A stretch of DNA of 64,000 bases from Epithemia pelagica (lineage: Eukaryota > Protista > Bacillariophyta). Location of the stretch: assembly GCA_946965045.2 (NCBI GenBank), contig OX337231.1, forward strand, positions 3,286,001-3,350,000, written 5' to 3'. Under the pieces are notes generated by a model. That model ran no database searches and had not been told where the DNA came from. It was given only the letters and a program-made list of their open reading frames with translations. Positions 10,170 through 20,839 of this stretch are shown here, piece after piece (the stretch's first letter is position 1; every line of letters begins with the position of its first letter). Position numbers and translations under genes: made by a program.

Positions 10170-13100
10170 ATGAGCCGCATGGACGTGGACGACGACGAGA
10201 ATGAATCGATAGGGCACGACGAAGACGAAGGGAGGAGCGAACATGACGGAGGTTCCGTACCACCGTCTTCATCGACGACACCAACGCTTTCCAAATCATG
10301 GTCCGTCACTCGAAGCCATGTCCCAACCTTTTCGGGTGGAAAACTATCCCTTGGTTACTGCACCGTGAGAACCAGTAGCACTAGTAAAAGTGTGGCCAAC
10401 GATTCCGAAAAAGACAATGCACCTGAAAAGACTAGCACGGAACAGCACGACGCTCCTCGTCACCACCCCTTTTTGATTTTGCCCATTGCTGGTGATTTGG
10501 CCATTGTCGACGCCGAACGCGGAACCATGATGTGTTCGGTGCGAGGAGGTCAAGCGGGTCAGGCTTCAGTCGACAACAAGACTGAGGAGAATGACGACGA
10601 TCAAGTAGATGTCGATGCCATTACGTCGTATGCACTGTCGACAAATGATGAAATACTGATAACATGTTCACACAACAATATTCTCAGACAATACTCATTG
10701 GACAAGATTTCACCATCCACGGATTCCTCCTCCTCCTCCTCCTCGTCGTCGTCTTCTCCTTCTGTCGTTAGCTTGACCAAAAATTGGGGCAAGAGTGCAC
10801 ATACACTCCCAGTCAATTACATGCAATTCCATATCAGCAATGTGTTTGTCGCGACGGGTTCTGTGGATGGGACGGCCGGAATCTACGATGTCCGAGGTGG
10901 ATACGTCACTCATTTGTTTCGTCCCTACCAATCGGCCGACGGTGGTGGAAGTGGTCGACTTTCCGTTACGGCCATTGAGTGGATGCCAAGTATTCATGAC
11001 TTGGTCATTGCGATTGGTCGCGATGATGGGAGTATCGCGATTCACAATCTGCGAGAGGAAAAGAATACCAATGTCATTTTACTGCACGACCATGTCTCGG
11101 CCGTGACCACCATGCAATGGCCCCTTTCCCCCCAAACGACGACAAACACAATGGCAGCAAAACTGTTTCTCACGGCGGGGAGGGATGAAGTCATCAATGT
11201 ATGGAAAATGGAAGATCATATCAAAAAGAAGAAATCGTCCAAAAAGCAAAAGATTATACGATACAATCGTGTCCAAACACTACCAGTCTATGAAGCAATT
11301 GAAGGCATGATCCTGCTCCCGCCAACTACCTCCGAAAACGAGGGAGACGAGATTCTTGTGGCAACGGCCGGCAGCAAGGGGCGAATCCGTCTCTGGAAGT
11401 CGAGCATGGAGTCTCCCAAGTTGGTTTTGGCGGAGGAACAACCTGTGGAAGAAGCATTTGGTCAGGATCGTGGAGGGTATCGTAACCTACTGCTGCAAAG
11501 CTTCAACAAAAGACGCGTTTCAAAGCAGAAGGATCTCGACTGTCAGCTGATTGTGGCGGACGCGGAGCACAACATTAGTTTTCTATCCTTGCGGAGAACC
11601 CCAAAAGTTGGTACTCTGTCAACAGTTCGAACCATTGTGGGACACAATGACGAAATACTGGACATGAAAGTTATCCCCAATGCACAACAGCAGCACAATA
11701 AAAATGGTTTGGATTCGCATCGAATTGTGGTTGCCACCAACAGTGCGCAAGTTCGCATCTTTGATGTGGCCACCTTTTCTTGTGAGGTATTGGATCGCCA
11801 CACGGCAACAGTCCTCTGTGTAGACGTTAGTCCCTGTGGTCGATACATTGCCACCTGTGGCAAAGATCGAACCATGCGTCTCTGGCACGTGGATAGTCTC
11901 AAAATGGTTGCGATTGCCACGGGGCACGCAGAAGCCGTTGGCTCCACCGCTCTCTCACGGCAAACCGCCCGGTACGATGTAAAGGGCAAAGCAGCAACCA
12001 ACGGAGGAGGGTCCTTTGCTATTACTGTGAGCGTCGACCGAACAATCAAGCGATGGAACTTGCCGGGGTCCGAGATTTTGAATTCCACTGCGGCAATGGA
12101 TGGGACCGAAAACGAAATATCCCTCACATCTTTTGTCAGTGCTCGGGCACATGAAAAGGACATTAATGTTGTTTCCGTTGCACCCAATGACTCCTTGATT
12201 GCAACAGGATCGCAGGACAGGACCGTGAAGCTATGGAAAGCGTCTGACTTGACTCTTCAAGCAACATTAACTGGTCATCGACGGGGTGTGTGGGATTGCC
12301 AGTTTTCAACCTTTGACCGCGTCTTGGCCACAGCGAGCGGAGACCAAACCGTCAAGCTCTGGTCACTCAGTGATTTCACGTGTGTGAGGACATTTCAAGG
12401 CCACGTCTCCAGTGTTTTGAGAGTACGGTTCCTAAGCTTAGGAATGCAACTCATGTCTTCCGGTGCCGATGGCTTGTTGAAATTGTGGACGATACGAACC
12501 AACGAGTGTGAGGCCACATTGGATGGACACGTTGCAAAAGCGTGGGCGCTGGATTTGGCCGCAAATGGCAAGTCAATGGTTTCGGGAGGAGCGGATTCCC
12601 GAATTCTGGTTTGGACTGATACAACGAGACAAGAGGCTGAAGCCCAAAGCGCCAAAAAGGAACAGGGACTTGTGCTCGATCAGAAACTTGCCAATCATCT
12701 ACGTCACAAAGAATACGAACAGGCTTTGGATATTACTCTTGAGCTCGATAAGCCATTTCAGGCGCTTCGAGTTTTCACCGCCATAATCGAAGCGGATGTT
12801 GCTCAAGGGAACAATGGCGTAAAACCGCTGATGCGTCTTACCAAGATATGGTCAAAAGAGAAGCTTTATCGCGTCTTGAAGTACTGTAGAGAATGGAACA
12901 CGAGATCACGCAATTGCCATGTGGCCCTGTTGATCGTTCGGGCGGTCGTCTGTTCCCTTCCGGTCCACCAGCTAACCGAGATGGAAGGTGTACCAGAAAT
13001 CATGGCAAGCATTGTTCCGTATGCAGAACGTCATTTTGAACGCCTCGACCGTCTTCACGAAAGCTCATTCCTGATGGAATATGTATTGAGTTCCATGGGC

Positions 13101-13316
13101 ACTTCCGTGAAGTCTTCGGATTTCCGAAAAGATGTGGAAAAGTGGGAAAATGAATCCAGGCTTGTTCTTCCCACAAAAGGTGCCGACGGCCGAGTACAAG
13201 TGGGAGGCAAAGCTGTTGTTGGTCTCAGGGAGGACGTAGACGATAGACAGGACGAGGAGGACGTGCTGACGATCGGTGAATCATCAGATGACGACGACCG
13301 CTCCAGTTCTGGATAG
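10170..13316 (+). CDS. UTP13: U3 snoRNA-associated WD40 protein UTP13/TBL3
   Basis: Many WD40 repeats ('GHNDEILD', 'AHEKDINVVSVAPNDSLIATGSQDRTVKLW', 'GHRRGVWDCQFS'). C-terminal Utp13 domain 'EWNTRSRNCHVA...YAERHFERLDRL'. Confidence 0.93.
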   Translation: MSRMDVDDDENESIGHDEDEGRSEHDGGSVPPSSSTTPTLSKSWSVTRSHVPTFSGGKLSLGYCTVRTSSTSKSVANDSEKDNAPEKTSTEQHDAPRHHPFLILPIAGDLAIVDAERGTMMCSVRGGQAGQASVDNKTEENDDDQVDVDAITSYALSTNDEILITCSHNNILRQYSLDKISPSTDSSSSSSSSSSSPSVVSLTKNWGKSAHTLPVNYMQFHISNVFVATGSVDGTAGIYDVRGGYVTHLFRPYQSADGGGSGRLSVTAIEWMPSIHDLVIAIGRDDGSIAIHNLREEKNTNVILLHDHVSAVTTMQWPLSPQTTTNTMAAKLFLTAGRDEVINVWKMEDHIKKKKSSKKQKIIRYNRVQTLPVYEAIEGMILLPPTTSENEGDEILVATAGSKGRIRLWKSSMESPKLVLAEEQPVEEAFGQDRGGYRNLLLQSFNKRRVSKQKDLDCQLIVADAEHNISFLSLRRTPKVGTLSTVRTIVGHNDEILDMKVIPNAQQQHNKNGLDSHRIVVATNSAQVRIFDVATFSCEVLDRHTATVLCVDVSPCGRYIATCGKDRTMRLWHVDSLKMVAIATGHAEAVGSTALSRQTARYDVKGKAATNGGGSFAITVSVDRTIKRWNLPGSEILNSTAAMDGTENEISLTSFVSARAHEKDINVVSVAPNDSLIATGSQDRTVKLWKASDLTLQATLTGHRRGVWDCQFSTFDRVLATASGDQTVKLWSLSDFTCVRTFQGHVSSVLRVRFLSLGMQLMSSGADGLLKLWTIRTNECEATLDGHVAKAWALDLAANGKSMVSGGADSRILVWTDTTRQEAEAQSAKKEQGLVLDQKLANHLRHKEYEQALDITLELDKPFQALRVFTAIIEADVAQGNNGVKPLMRLTKIWSKEKLYRVLKYCREWNTRSRNCHVALLIVRAVVCSLPVHQLTEMEGVPEIMASIVPYAERHFERLDRLHESSFLMEYVLSSMGTSVKSSDFRKDVEKWENESRLVLPTKGADGRVQVGGKAVVGLREDVDDRQDEEDVLTIGESSDDDDRSSSG

Positions 13317-13645
13317 CTACGAGCTGATATAAATAAGGCAGAGAATTCATGGCTTAAAAGCAAGGTATGTAGGAGAAGGAAGTAAATCGTCGTTTAAGTA
13401 TTGTACACAAAACGGACAACAGCTAGTTTCAGCACAAAATGCGCCTGGGAGGAGACGATGTTTGCCCCAGAACATTCTAAAAATGGGTCTTGTCCCCGGT
13501 CTTCTCTAGTTCGAAACAACAACTCTGTTCCGAGGTCATCCCAAGAATTTACAGTCGAACGTGAGAACTTGGATACACTTCCACCCACATGGGGCATGTG
13601 TGTCACGTGTTCTTCCTTCCAACACTCCTAGGTGACGTCCCAAAC

Positions 13646-15220
13646 CTAACGTTTATGGGATTTCTGTTTTGGGTATGGGTGGTTTTTCTTCGGCGAATCT
13701 TTGCCTTTCGGACTTTCTGCTTTTGGTGGTGATCCTGGAGACTTTTTGGGTGACTTTGTCTTCTTCTCCTCATCATCATCGTCATCATCTGATTTCTTTG
13801 GTGTCTTGGGACTGGACGTCTTCTTTTTCGGAGCTGAAGTTTCCTTGGGTGACTTTGACTTCTTATCGTCTTCATCATCTTTCTTCTTACTTGAATCCTT
13901 GGGACTGGACGTCTGCTTTTTCGGAGCTGAAGTTTTCTTGGGTGACTTTGACTTCTTATCGTCTTCATCATCTTTCTTCTTGCTTGAATCCTTGGGACTG
14001 GACGTCTTCTTTTTCGGAGCTGAAGTTTTCTTGGGTGACTTTGACTTCTTATCGTCTTCATCATTTTTCTTCTTGCTTGAATCCTTGGGACTGGATGTCT
14101 TCTTTTTCGGAGATGCAGTTTTCTTAGGTGACTTTGACTTCTTATCGTCTTCATCATCTTTCTTCTTGCTCGAGTCCTTGGGACTGGATGTCTTCTTTTT
14201 CGGAGATGAAGTTTTCTTAGGTGACTTTGACTTCTTATCGTCTTCATCATCTTTCTTCTTGCTCGAGTCCTTGGGACTGGATGTCTTCTTTTTTGGAGAT
14301 GAAGTTTTCTTGGGTGACTTTGACTTCTTATCGTCTTCATCATCGTCGTCGTCGTCTTTCTTCTTGCTTGGACCCTTCGGACTGGACGATTTCATTTTTT
14401 TAGAAGGTGCTTTCGAGGGCGACATTTTGCTGGGGGATTTGGTAGGTTCTGGAGCCATGTAGACCGGAGTCGGCGTTGGCTGTCGTTGCGGCATGGGAGT
14501 TGGTTTGTAAACGGGTCCACTTGGTTGAGGAGCCGGTGTTGGTTGTGGTCCACACCCAGGGTGATCCGGTCCAAAGTATTGGCAGGGATCGCAGTAGTCA
14601 CTGTCTACGCCATAGTAGTCGCAGGGTTCGTGACAGTCTGGGTGACCTGGTTCATAGTCACATAGGTCACCATGCTTTTTCTTGCCACGCCAGTAGGGAG
14701 GACGATACCAAGGGAACGGAGGTCCATAGCCTCCACCGCCAATGGGAACAAGTATTACAATCATGTATGCGGCGCCTGGAGTGGGATAGACACCGCCGCC
14801 ATAGCCTGAACCATAATAGTAGGATCCTGTTCAATGATGAGCGAGAAAAAACGCGTGAGTGACATACTAAATGGAGCAAAACTCAATCCGAAGCAGTTGT
14901 AATCTGATTTCGTTCGTACCTTCCTTCTTGCCCTCCTTTTTGCCGTAGCCATAGTAGTCCATTTCCTTTTTACCGTTATCATAGTAGGATCCATAGCCAT
15001 AATGGGATCCGTAGTTGTAATAGGAGGAACCATAGTCATGATACGATCCATAGTCGTAGTAGGATTGGTCTTTCTTGCCACTGTATGGTCTCTTTCCCTC
15101 TTTCTTGCCACTATCATAGTAATCGTCGTAATAGGAGGACTCCTTCTTGCCGTAGTAGTCATCGTCGTATGCACAAGCACACGCTAGTAACAACGCAAGT
15201 CCATGCCATGCGAACCTCAT
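13646..15220 (-). CDS. Secreted silaffin/cingulin-like repeat protein (~490 aa); exons 15220-14920, 14826-13646
   Basis: Signal peptide MRFAWHGLALLLACACA, then a Y/G/K/D-rich domain. A GT-AG intron (14919-14827) joins EG|SYYYGSG in frame with the 372-aa ORF, which carries a Cys/Tyr/His motif, a Pro/Thr linker and K/S/D repeats with KxxK motifs. Confidence 0.8.
13800..14370 (-). repeat. Coding tandem repeat, ~6 x 93 bp (31 aa SSKKKDDEDDKKSKSPKKTSSPKKKTSSPKD)
   Basis: Near-identical 93-bp units are visible directly in the sequence and in the translation. Confidence 0.95.
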
Positions 15221-15959
15221 GCTGTCGGTAGGAGAGCGAAGGTTTTGTCTTTTTTGGGTACCTTGCTTGATTCTCGTAGAAAAAGTGAACCCGTGATGGG
15301 GAGAAAATTGGCGTGATGTTTGGTCGGAGTCCTGTTCGTATTGAAAATGTCTCGGTATGGCTTCTAGCTAGCATCCTTTTGAGGTTCCGAAATTTGTGAG
15401 GCGCGGAATTTAAATCCAATATGGTATATACGAATCTGGTTGTTTATATTCGTCACGCTGCTCTAAATGAAATGCGCGCGAAAGAATACTTAGGGTAGAT
15501 CCCCCAAGAAAAGTCTAAGAAACAAGTAAGTGACACTTGGCACATGATGAGAGTGGCCGAAGATGGGGGAAGGGATTCGTGTCAAGCATACATGTGGATC
15601 GTGTAAAGGTCCCCCAGATTACACATACTTAAATTTCTTTTTAACGCTCATATCCGAGATGGTCGTGTTTCATGAGCGTCACGTGGAGTGCTGCAAGCTC
15701 TCAGAAGCCCTATAATTATTCGCGCGCCTGTCGACGACTCGAGAAAGGGCGCCTTGATGCATTCTTGCTACATTTTGATCTCGAGCTGGAAATGAAGTAG
15801 AGAGGAGCGATCAAGATCAAGCTGGCTCGCTAGAGTGTCCGCGCCGTCTCCATTCGGGCGAGGGAGGAAGGCCTTCTTGCAGCAGCATGCCGCACGATCG
15901 TATTGCGAATTGCATCGGTCCTGTGTTATCCGATATACCTATTTGAGTTCATGTGAAAA

Positions 15960-16961
15960 ATGGCCAGTTCCGCTACTGAAACGACAGGCACCGCCAAAGT
16001 TCAAAAGGAAGCGACGACGACGTCAGCGGAAAGTGGGCTTCGCAATGAGAACCGCGACGATGGGCCGGATGCGCAAGACAGGGCGATGGTGGACGACGAG
16101 GAAGTCATCTTTGGTGGCGTCAAGATGAGTGCCCTTTTGACCGACAAGCTTGCGGAACGATTGGAAGAAGCATTCACCACCAATGTGCAAAGCCTCCCCA
16201 TGCTGAGGGATCCCGAGCCGCTTTTGAAAAAGTTGCGAGAGGCCTATCTCTTAAATGTGGACTTGGTGGAAGACATTTGTGCTCGTCGCATTTTTTCCTT
16301 GACTCCATTTGTTTCCGCCAAACGACGCCAGGAAGTATTGGAGCTTTTGACTTCGTTTGAATCCGTCGAAGCGATTCGTGCGGCGGCCAAGGAAGAACAG
16401 CAAAAGTTTGTCTTGCGCCAGCAACAACACACAGAAGACTCTGTCAAACCAATCTTTGATGAAAGTGAAAAACCGCCATCATCTGTTTCGGAAAAAGACG
16501 TGGAGGATCTTCGGAGAACGATCCTTTCGATGGAGAAAAAACTTGAAAAGTCAAAAGCTTTGCTGAAACAAAAGAAGAAAGATCTTCATGATCTCGCTTC
16601 GGCTACCAAGCTCTGTAAAATGGCAACAGAAACATCTGTAAATCAGGTTCACGATACAATGACAGCTCTTACCGTCGGAGCGTCTAGCCTTCAGCAAGCA
16701 GAGGAGCAGGGGCGAGAATACATCAATGAACACAAGCGAGTGAGCGAGGAACCAAAGGAAGAGGGTGGTGACGCCGACGCTCTACTGATAGACGTATCCG
16801 CGGCCGTGCGGCGGAAAAGATCCAAAATGACTCTGGAAGAACGGTTTGAAAATGACATGAACGATCCAAACCAACCACTTAGGGAGATCAAAACTATTGC
16901 AGAGTTGAAGGATGGTCCTCACCAAAGAATCCTTGTGGAGGAGAATTCTTCCCCTTCATGA
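15960..16961 (+). CDS. Probable kinetochore protein Mis12-like, with C-terminal coiled coil
   Basis: 'LLKKLREAYLLNVDLVEDICARRIFSL' resembles the Mis12 core motif (l..afdknfDkfE.y.lrniF). A coiled coil follows. Confidence 0.55.
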   Translation: MASSATETTGTAKVQKEATTTSAESGLRNENRDDGPDAQDRAMVDDEEVIFGGVKMSALLTDKLAERLEEAFTTNVQSLPMLRDPEPLLKKLREAYLLNVDLVEDICARRIFSLTPFVSAKRRQEVLELLTSFESVEAIRAAAKEEQQKFVLRQQQHTEDSVKPIFDESEKPPSSVSEKDVEDLRRTILSMEKKLEKSKALLKQKKKDLHDLASATKLCKMATETSVNQVHDTMTALTVGASSLQQAEEQGREYINEHKRVSEEPKEEGGDADALLIDVSAAVRRKRSKMTLEERFENDMNDPNQPLREIKTIAELKDGPHQRILVEENSSPS

Positions 16962-17386
16962 CCATACTAGGGACGGGGATGGGGCTAGAGTTAGACGGTT
17001 CTCTGTGTACAATAGGAGTACTTGGCTCACGCTGGAGTCCTTTCGCAACAGGGGCTCCAATGTTTCTGCCTCGGTATAGGCTCGTAGACTACAGAATAAA
17101 AGTCTAGCTCGATTGAATACAAATTGAAGCTTTATTACTATACGACTCTGGTCTTAGCTCTTTACAAATACTTGCCTCCGCGCACTGTTTTCATGACGTC
17201 GCGGATGAGATTGTTCTACGCAGCCCAAAACTGGCTGTGTTTCCGTTGCTTTTCTTCTTTCCATGGAACTTTTTCTACATTATCAATGACAAGACATGGC
17301 CCACACCACATTCACTTGGATACAGCGGGGCCAAGGGTGCAATGTGTGTATGAAACGATACCCAAAACTCACGTGAATCAAGTCGT

Positions 17387-18553
17387 TTACTTTTTCTCTT
17401 CGTCTTCTTCGTCGTCACTCTTTTTCAGGCTTTGTTGATTTCTTGGCACAAATCTTCCTTCCGCATCGAACGTGTCTACCGTGGGCATTCGCCGGAGCAC
17501 CGCCTCTGAGATGACGGGGATTTTGTTGGGTTCAATGCCCAATAAACTGCTGACCACCGAGTATCCAATGGTGGCAAGCAATACCAAAAAGAGGGCATTG
17601 TCTCCAATCACGTTTAGACTGGTGGGAATAGTTCCCGGTGACAGTGTTGTGAGTAGTGCGGCAATGAGACCAGGGAAGAACAAGGCAATATCCAAGAAAA
17701 TGGCTTGTTGCATATTGAACCGAATCAGGCGATTCAAGGAGGGGTTGCCCGACAAGAAGCTCAATGCGAAAAAGGTAAGGATACCACCAAAGGGAATGGA
17801 ACGGTAAAAGGCGTACAAGAGAGCAACCACGACGGAAAATGGATTGTCGGGGTTTCCCAAGACCAAGTATTTCGCAAACTGCAGTCCATCCAACAAAGGG
17901 AACAGGTAGGGTAGAATGGACACCAATTTGTCTGTTCCACTAGGTGCTTTTTCATTCAACATTTCCAACTGGGCTTGCAACAACTGGACGGCCTCCTCTT
18001 CCAACTTGGCTGCCTTGGCCATTTCCAAGGCCAACGCCTTTTCGTCACGGACCAAGGAATCCAGACGATTGCGCATGACATCGACGCCAACAAACTCATC
18101 CAGTTGCAACGCACCATCGCCACTCTTGTCGAAATCCTCCATCAACTGCTCCACGCGCTTGTCGGAAAGTTCCATCTTGAATTCTTTTTCCAATCCACGT
18201 TTCAATTCTTCCAAACTAATCTCACCGTCCTTGTTGATGTCAAACTTTTGGAAGGCCTTCTCAGCGGCCGCTGCCACTGCCTGTTGTTGTTCGGATTCCA
18301 GTGCCGCTGCTTCGGCGCGCAACTTGGCCGCCATGGAACGCAGCCTTTCAATCTCTTCATCTGTTTCTTCCGAAGTTGCCTGCAAGGCTGAGACGGGTGC
18401 AAACGGGATTCTTTGTGCTCGACTACGGACAAGTGGACGGTGTGTCGAAGAAGCTGTCTGGAGGGAGAATGGAGTGAATGCGACGCTCTGAAGTGGGAGC
18501 AGGCTCAGCACAAGAACAAGTTGGTGGGAAGTGGAGAGAGCTTGGATCTTCAT
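17387..18553 (-). CDS. Plastid-targeted EF-hand pair fused to a Tic20-family import channel domain
   Basis: Signal peptide + 'SVAFTP'. EF loops DINKDGEISLEE and DKSGDGALQLDE. Tic20 motifs 'LVSILPYLFPLLDGL' and 'LNRLIRFNMQQAIFLDI'. Confidence 0.85.
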   Translation of the reverse strand: MKIQALSTSHQLVLVLSLLPLQSVAFTPFSLQTASSTHRPLVRSRAQRIPFAPVSALQATSEETDEEIERLRSMAAKLRAEAAALESEQQQAVAAAAEKAFQKFDINKDGEISLEELKRGLEKEFKMELSDKRVEQLMEDFDKSGDGALQLDEFVGVDVMRNRLDSLVRDEKALALEMAKAAKLEEEAVQLLQAQLEMLNEKAPSGTDKLVSILPYLFPLLDGLQFAKYLVLGNPDNPFSVVVALLYAFYRSIPFGGILTFFALSFLSGNPSLNRLIRFNMQQAIFLDIALFFPGLIAALLTTLSPGTIPTSLNVIGDNALFLVLLATIGYSVVSSLLGIEPNKIPVISEAVLRRMPTVDTFDAEGRFVPRNQQSLKKSDDEEDEEKK

Positions 18554-19278
18554 TTTGTGTTGTTTGTTTTGAAAGCGTATTTGTTTTAGCCTTTTGGAAA
18601 TTTGTGAGAGGGTGGATCTTGGTCGAAGAGGTGAAATAGGATCGTCCAAGAACCTGCGCGATCACGTGGTTTACAAGTCACAATCCGACTGAGACGTTGT
18701 TGATTGCTTCGTTGATTTTTTGTTGATCGCTTTGAGAGAGCACCTGATGAACTGTTCCTTGATGAAGCGATTAACGATTAACCTACCTCTACCACCACCA
18801 CCGCGTGGAATCATTCCCTGTCCCTTTGCAATGTGCTGTTCAAGGTTGAAGTCCGGGATCAACACAGCGCACCAACAAATCTGAATCGGATTTCTCTTGT
18901 CGGTATCAAGCGCAGGTCTGGAAAACCACGTCATCGGTATCTTTCATCTTTCCCGCCTCTGCGGTCAGTGAAAGGATTTTACGTGACTCATCATTGAATC
19001 ACTCTGCGGGACTGAAACGGGACTCATGACCCCTGATTGCTCTACCTACTCTCTAGCTAGGGGGAGCACTCCATCACGATGACATAGAGGCCCATAGGGG
19101 CCAATACGACGACGATGGTCAACATCTTTGACAAAGGATTCAATAAAGAAAAGGGTCATGCGTTAATTGATACGTACATGCTCGCTTAAAAAGAGCATGA
19201 AATTGCTAGTCCTTGCGCGTTTCTCTCTTTACCTCATGGGTCATACAGCCATTCTTGACACAGAGAAGGTCATTCTAC

Positions 19279-20544
19279 CTATTCGCTGCCGTCGTCGCCA
19301 TCGAATTCATCCTCGTCTTCCCAATCGTCATTTACTGGAGGTTTTGCGTTCTTTTGCAATGCTTCATTGACTCGAATGAAGCGACCATCCAATTCACATC
19401 CATTCAGCTCGGCAATGGCTTCCATACCAGCGGATCTGCACATGGTCACAAATCCAAAGCCGCGTGATCCACCACGTTCGGGATCCTCTGGCATGTAACA
19501 GTCCAAGACGGGTCCAAATTCTCCAAAGACTTCTTCCAGTATCCCCGGGTCGGTCGAGAAGGCTAGATTGCCCACGTACAACTTGATGGTGTCACCACGT
19601 GGGGTGGACCGAACGGAACGTTGACCCGGAGGAAGAGGTTTGCTGACAATCAAAGGACGCCCTTGAAAGTCCATTCCATTGGTTTGTTCAATAGCTGATT
19701 CTAGATCGTCACTCTTGACACTCAAAAAGGCAAAGCCACGACCGGTACCCGTGTCCGCATTCATTGGAATGTACACGTCAACGGCTTCGACAAACTGGTT
19801 GTAGAATTCGAGCAACTCACTCCGTTCTGTTTCAAAAGGGAGGTTTCCAATGTAAAGCTTGCCAATATTCTCGTCCTCTTGTTTCTTTTTGTCCTTGCCT
19901 CCTCCTTTGGTGATCTTTTCTGAGATATTGGCACGCAGAGTTCTTCCCCGGAAAAGAACACCATTCACGTTGTCAATAACACTTTGCAGTTCTTCTGCCG
20001 ATCCCATGTCCACAAAGGCAAAGCCTCGGACTGTTCCATCGTCGCGGTTCTTTGGGATTGTGACTAAATTGACTGTCCCATATTGCGCACACAGTTCGGA
20101 TACTTCGCTCTCGTTTGTGTCTTTGTACCAACAGAACGAGACATGGGTTAGCAGAGATTTCACAACCAAATTCATTTCATGAATGCCATTGGCCATCCAT
20201 CCTACACGAGACAACTTACCAAAGGGAAGGTTGCCAATAAACGCCGTGTGTCGTACACGAAGAACTCGCTTCGAGTCTTCGTCCTCGTCGGCTTCGGCTG
20301 TTGCAGGTGCCTCCTCTTCTGCAGGTGCCTCTTCCACAGGTGCCTCTACCGCGGCATCTTCCGTTTCCTCCGACTCGACAGTGGAGGCGACCAACGTTGG
20401 AGTGGTGGTCCTCAACGGTGTTCCCACAAAGGCTGCTGTTATTCTGGATGGGTGATGGGCACCAGGCACCACAAAGGCCGTGCAGTCCCAAACCTCCAAA
20501 CTGAATACGGTCAGTAACGAAATGGTTGTTCTCATCATTGTCAT
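19279..20544 (-). CDS. Plastid RNA-binding protein with three RRM domains; 99-nt in-frame intron 20219-20121
   Basis: RNP2/RNP1 motifs 'AFIGNLPF/RGFAFV', 'LYIGNLPF/RGFAFL' and 'LYVGNLAF/RGFGFV'. Targeting peptide 'CTAFVVP'. Removing the intron gives NLPF|DTNESEV. Confidence 0.9.
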   Translation of the reverse strand: MTMMRTTISLLTVFSLEVWDCTAFVVPGAHHPSRITAAFVGTPLRTTTPTLVASTVESEETEDAAVEAPVEEAPAEEEAPATAEADEDEDSKRVLRVRHTAFIGNLPFGKLSRVGWMANGIHEMNLVVKSLLTHVSFCWYKDTNESEVSELCAQYGTVNLVTIPKNRDDGTVRGFAFVDMGSAEELQSVIDNVNGVLFRGRTLRANISEKITKGGGKDKKKQEDENIGKLYIGNLPFETERSELLEFYNQFVEAVDVYIPMNADTGTGRGFAFLSVKSDDLESAIEQTNGMDFQGRPLIVSKPLPPGQRSVRSTPRGDTIKLYVGNLAFSTDPGILEEVFGEFGPVLDCYMPEDPERGGSRGFGFVTMCRSAGMEAIAELNGCELDGRFIRVNEALQKNAKPPVNDDWEDEDEFDGDDGSE

Positions 20545-20839
20545 CCTCGCTCTAATAGGCTACAGCGTGATGGTCGGTTGTTCAGAATGATACACACAAG
20601 CCAGAAGGTGCTGTCACATTCAAAGATCTAGCAACGCTTTCTTTGTACCTTATTTGGATGGTGACAATGGGTGATGGGTGTCGGACGTCCCACCGTACAC
20701 ATTCCACGTGCGTGGTGTTCTCCAGCGCAACTTGTGGTGACGGCCAGACGGTCACCGTCAAATCCGAAGATCTCTCCAAAGGGATCAAAAATCTTGTTGT
20801 GCATGGTCATGGAGAACAAGATGAAGAGAGATCCCCACC

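Noticed and set aside
13669-14462. Plus-strand repeat ORFs (FFGAEVFLGDFDF..., WDWTSS...) and a CRISPR-like appearance
   Set aside because: These are antisense shadows of the 93-bp coding repeat. The units are contiguous with no unique spacers, so this is not a CRISPR array.
20121-20219. Apparent peptide insertions in the RRM protein and in TRAPPC9 (45258-45371)
   Set aside because: Both are stop-free, frame-preserving GT-AG introns that the ORF track reads through.
6648-20544. Cluster of plastid-targeted genes as an operon-like unit
   Set aside because: The genes are interleaved with unrelated nuclear functions and in mixed orientation. The frequency is not obviously above what a diatom genome would give.
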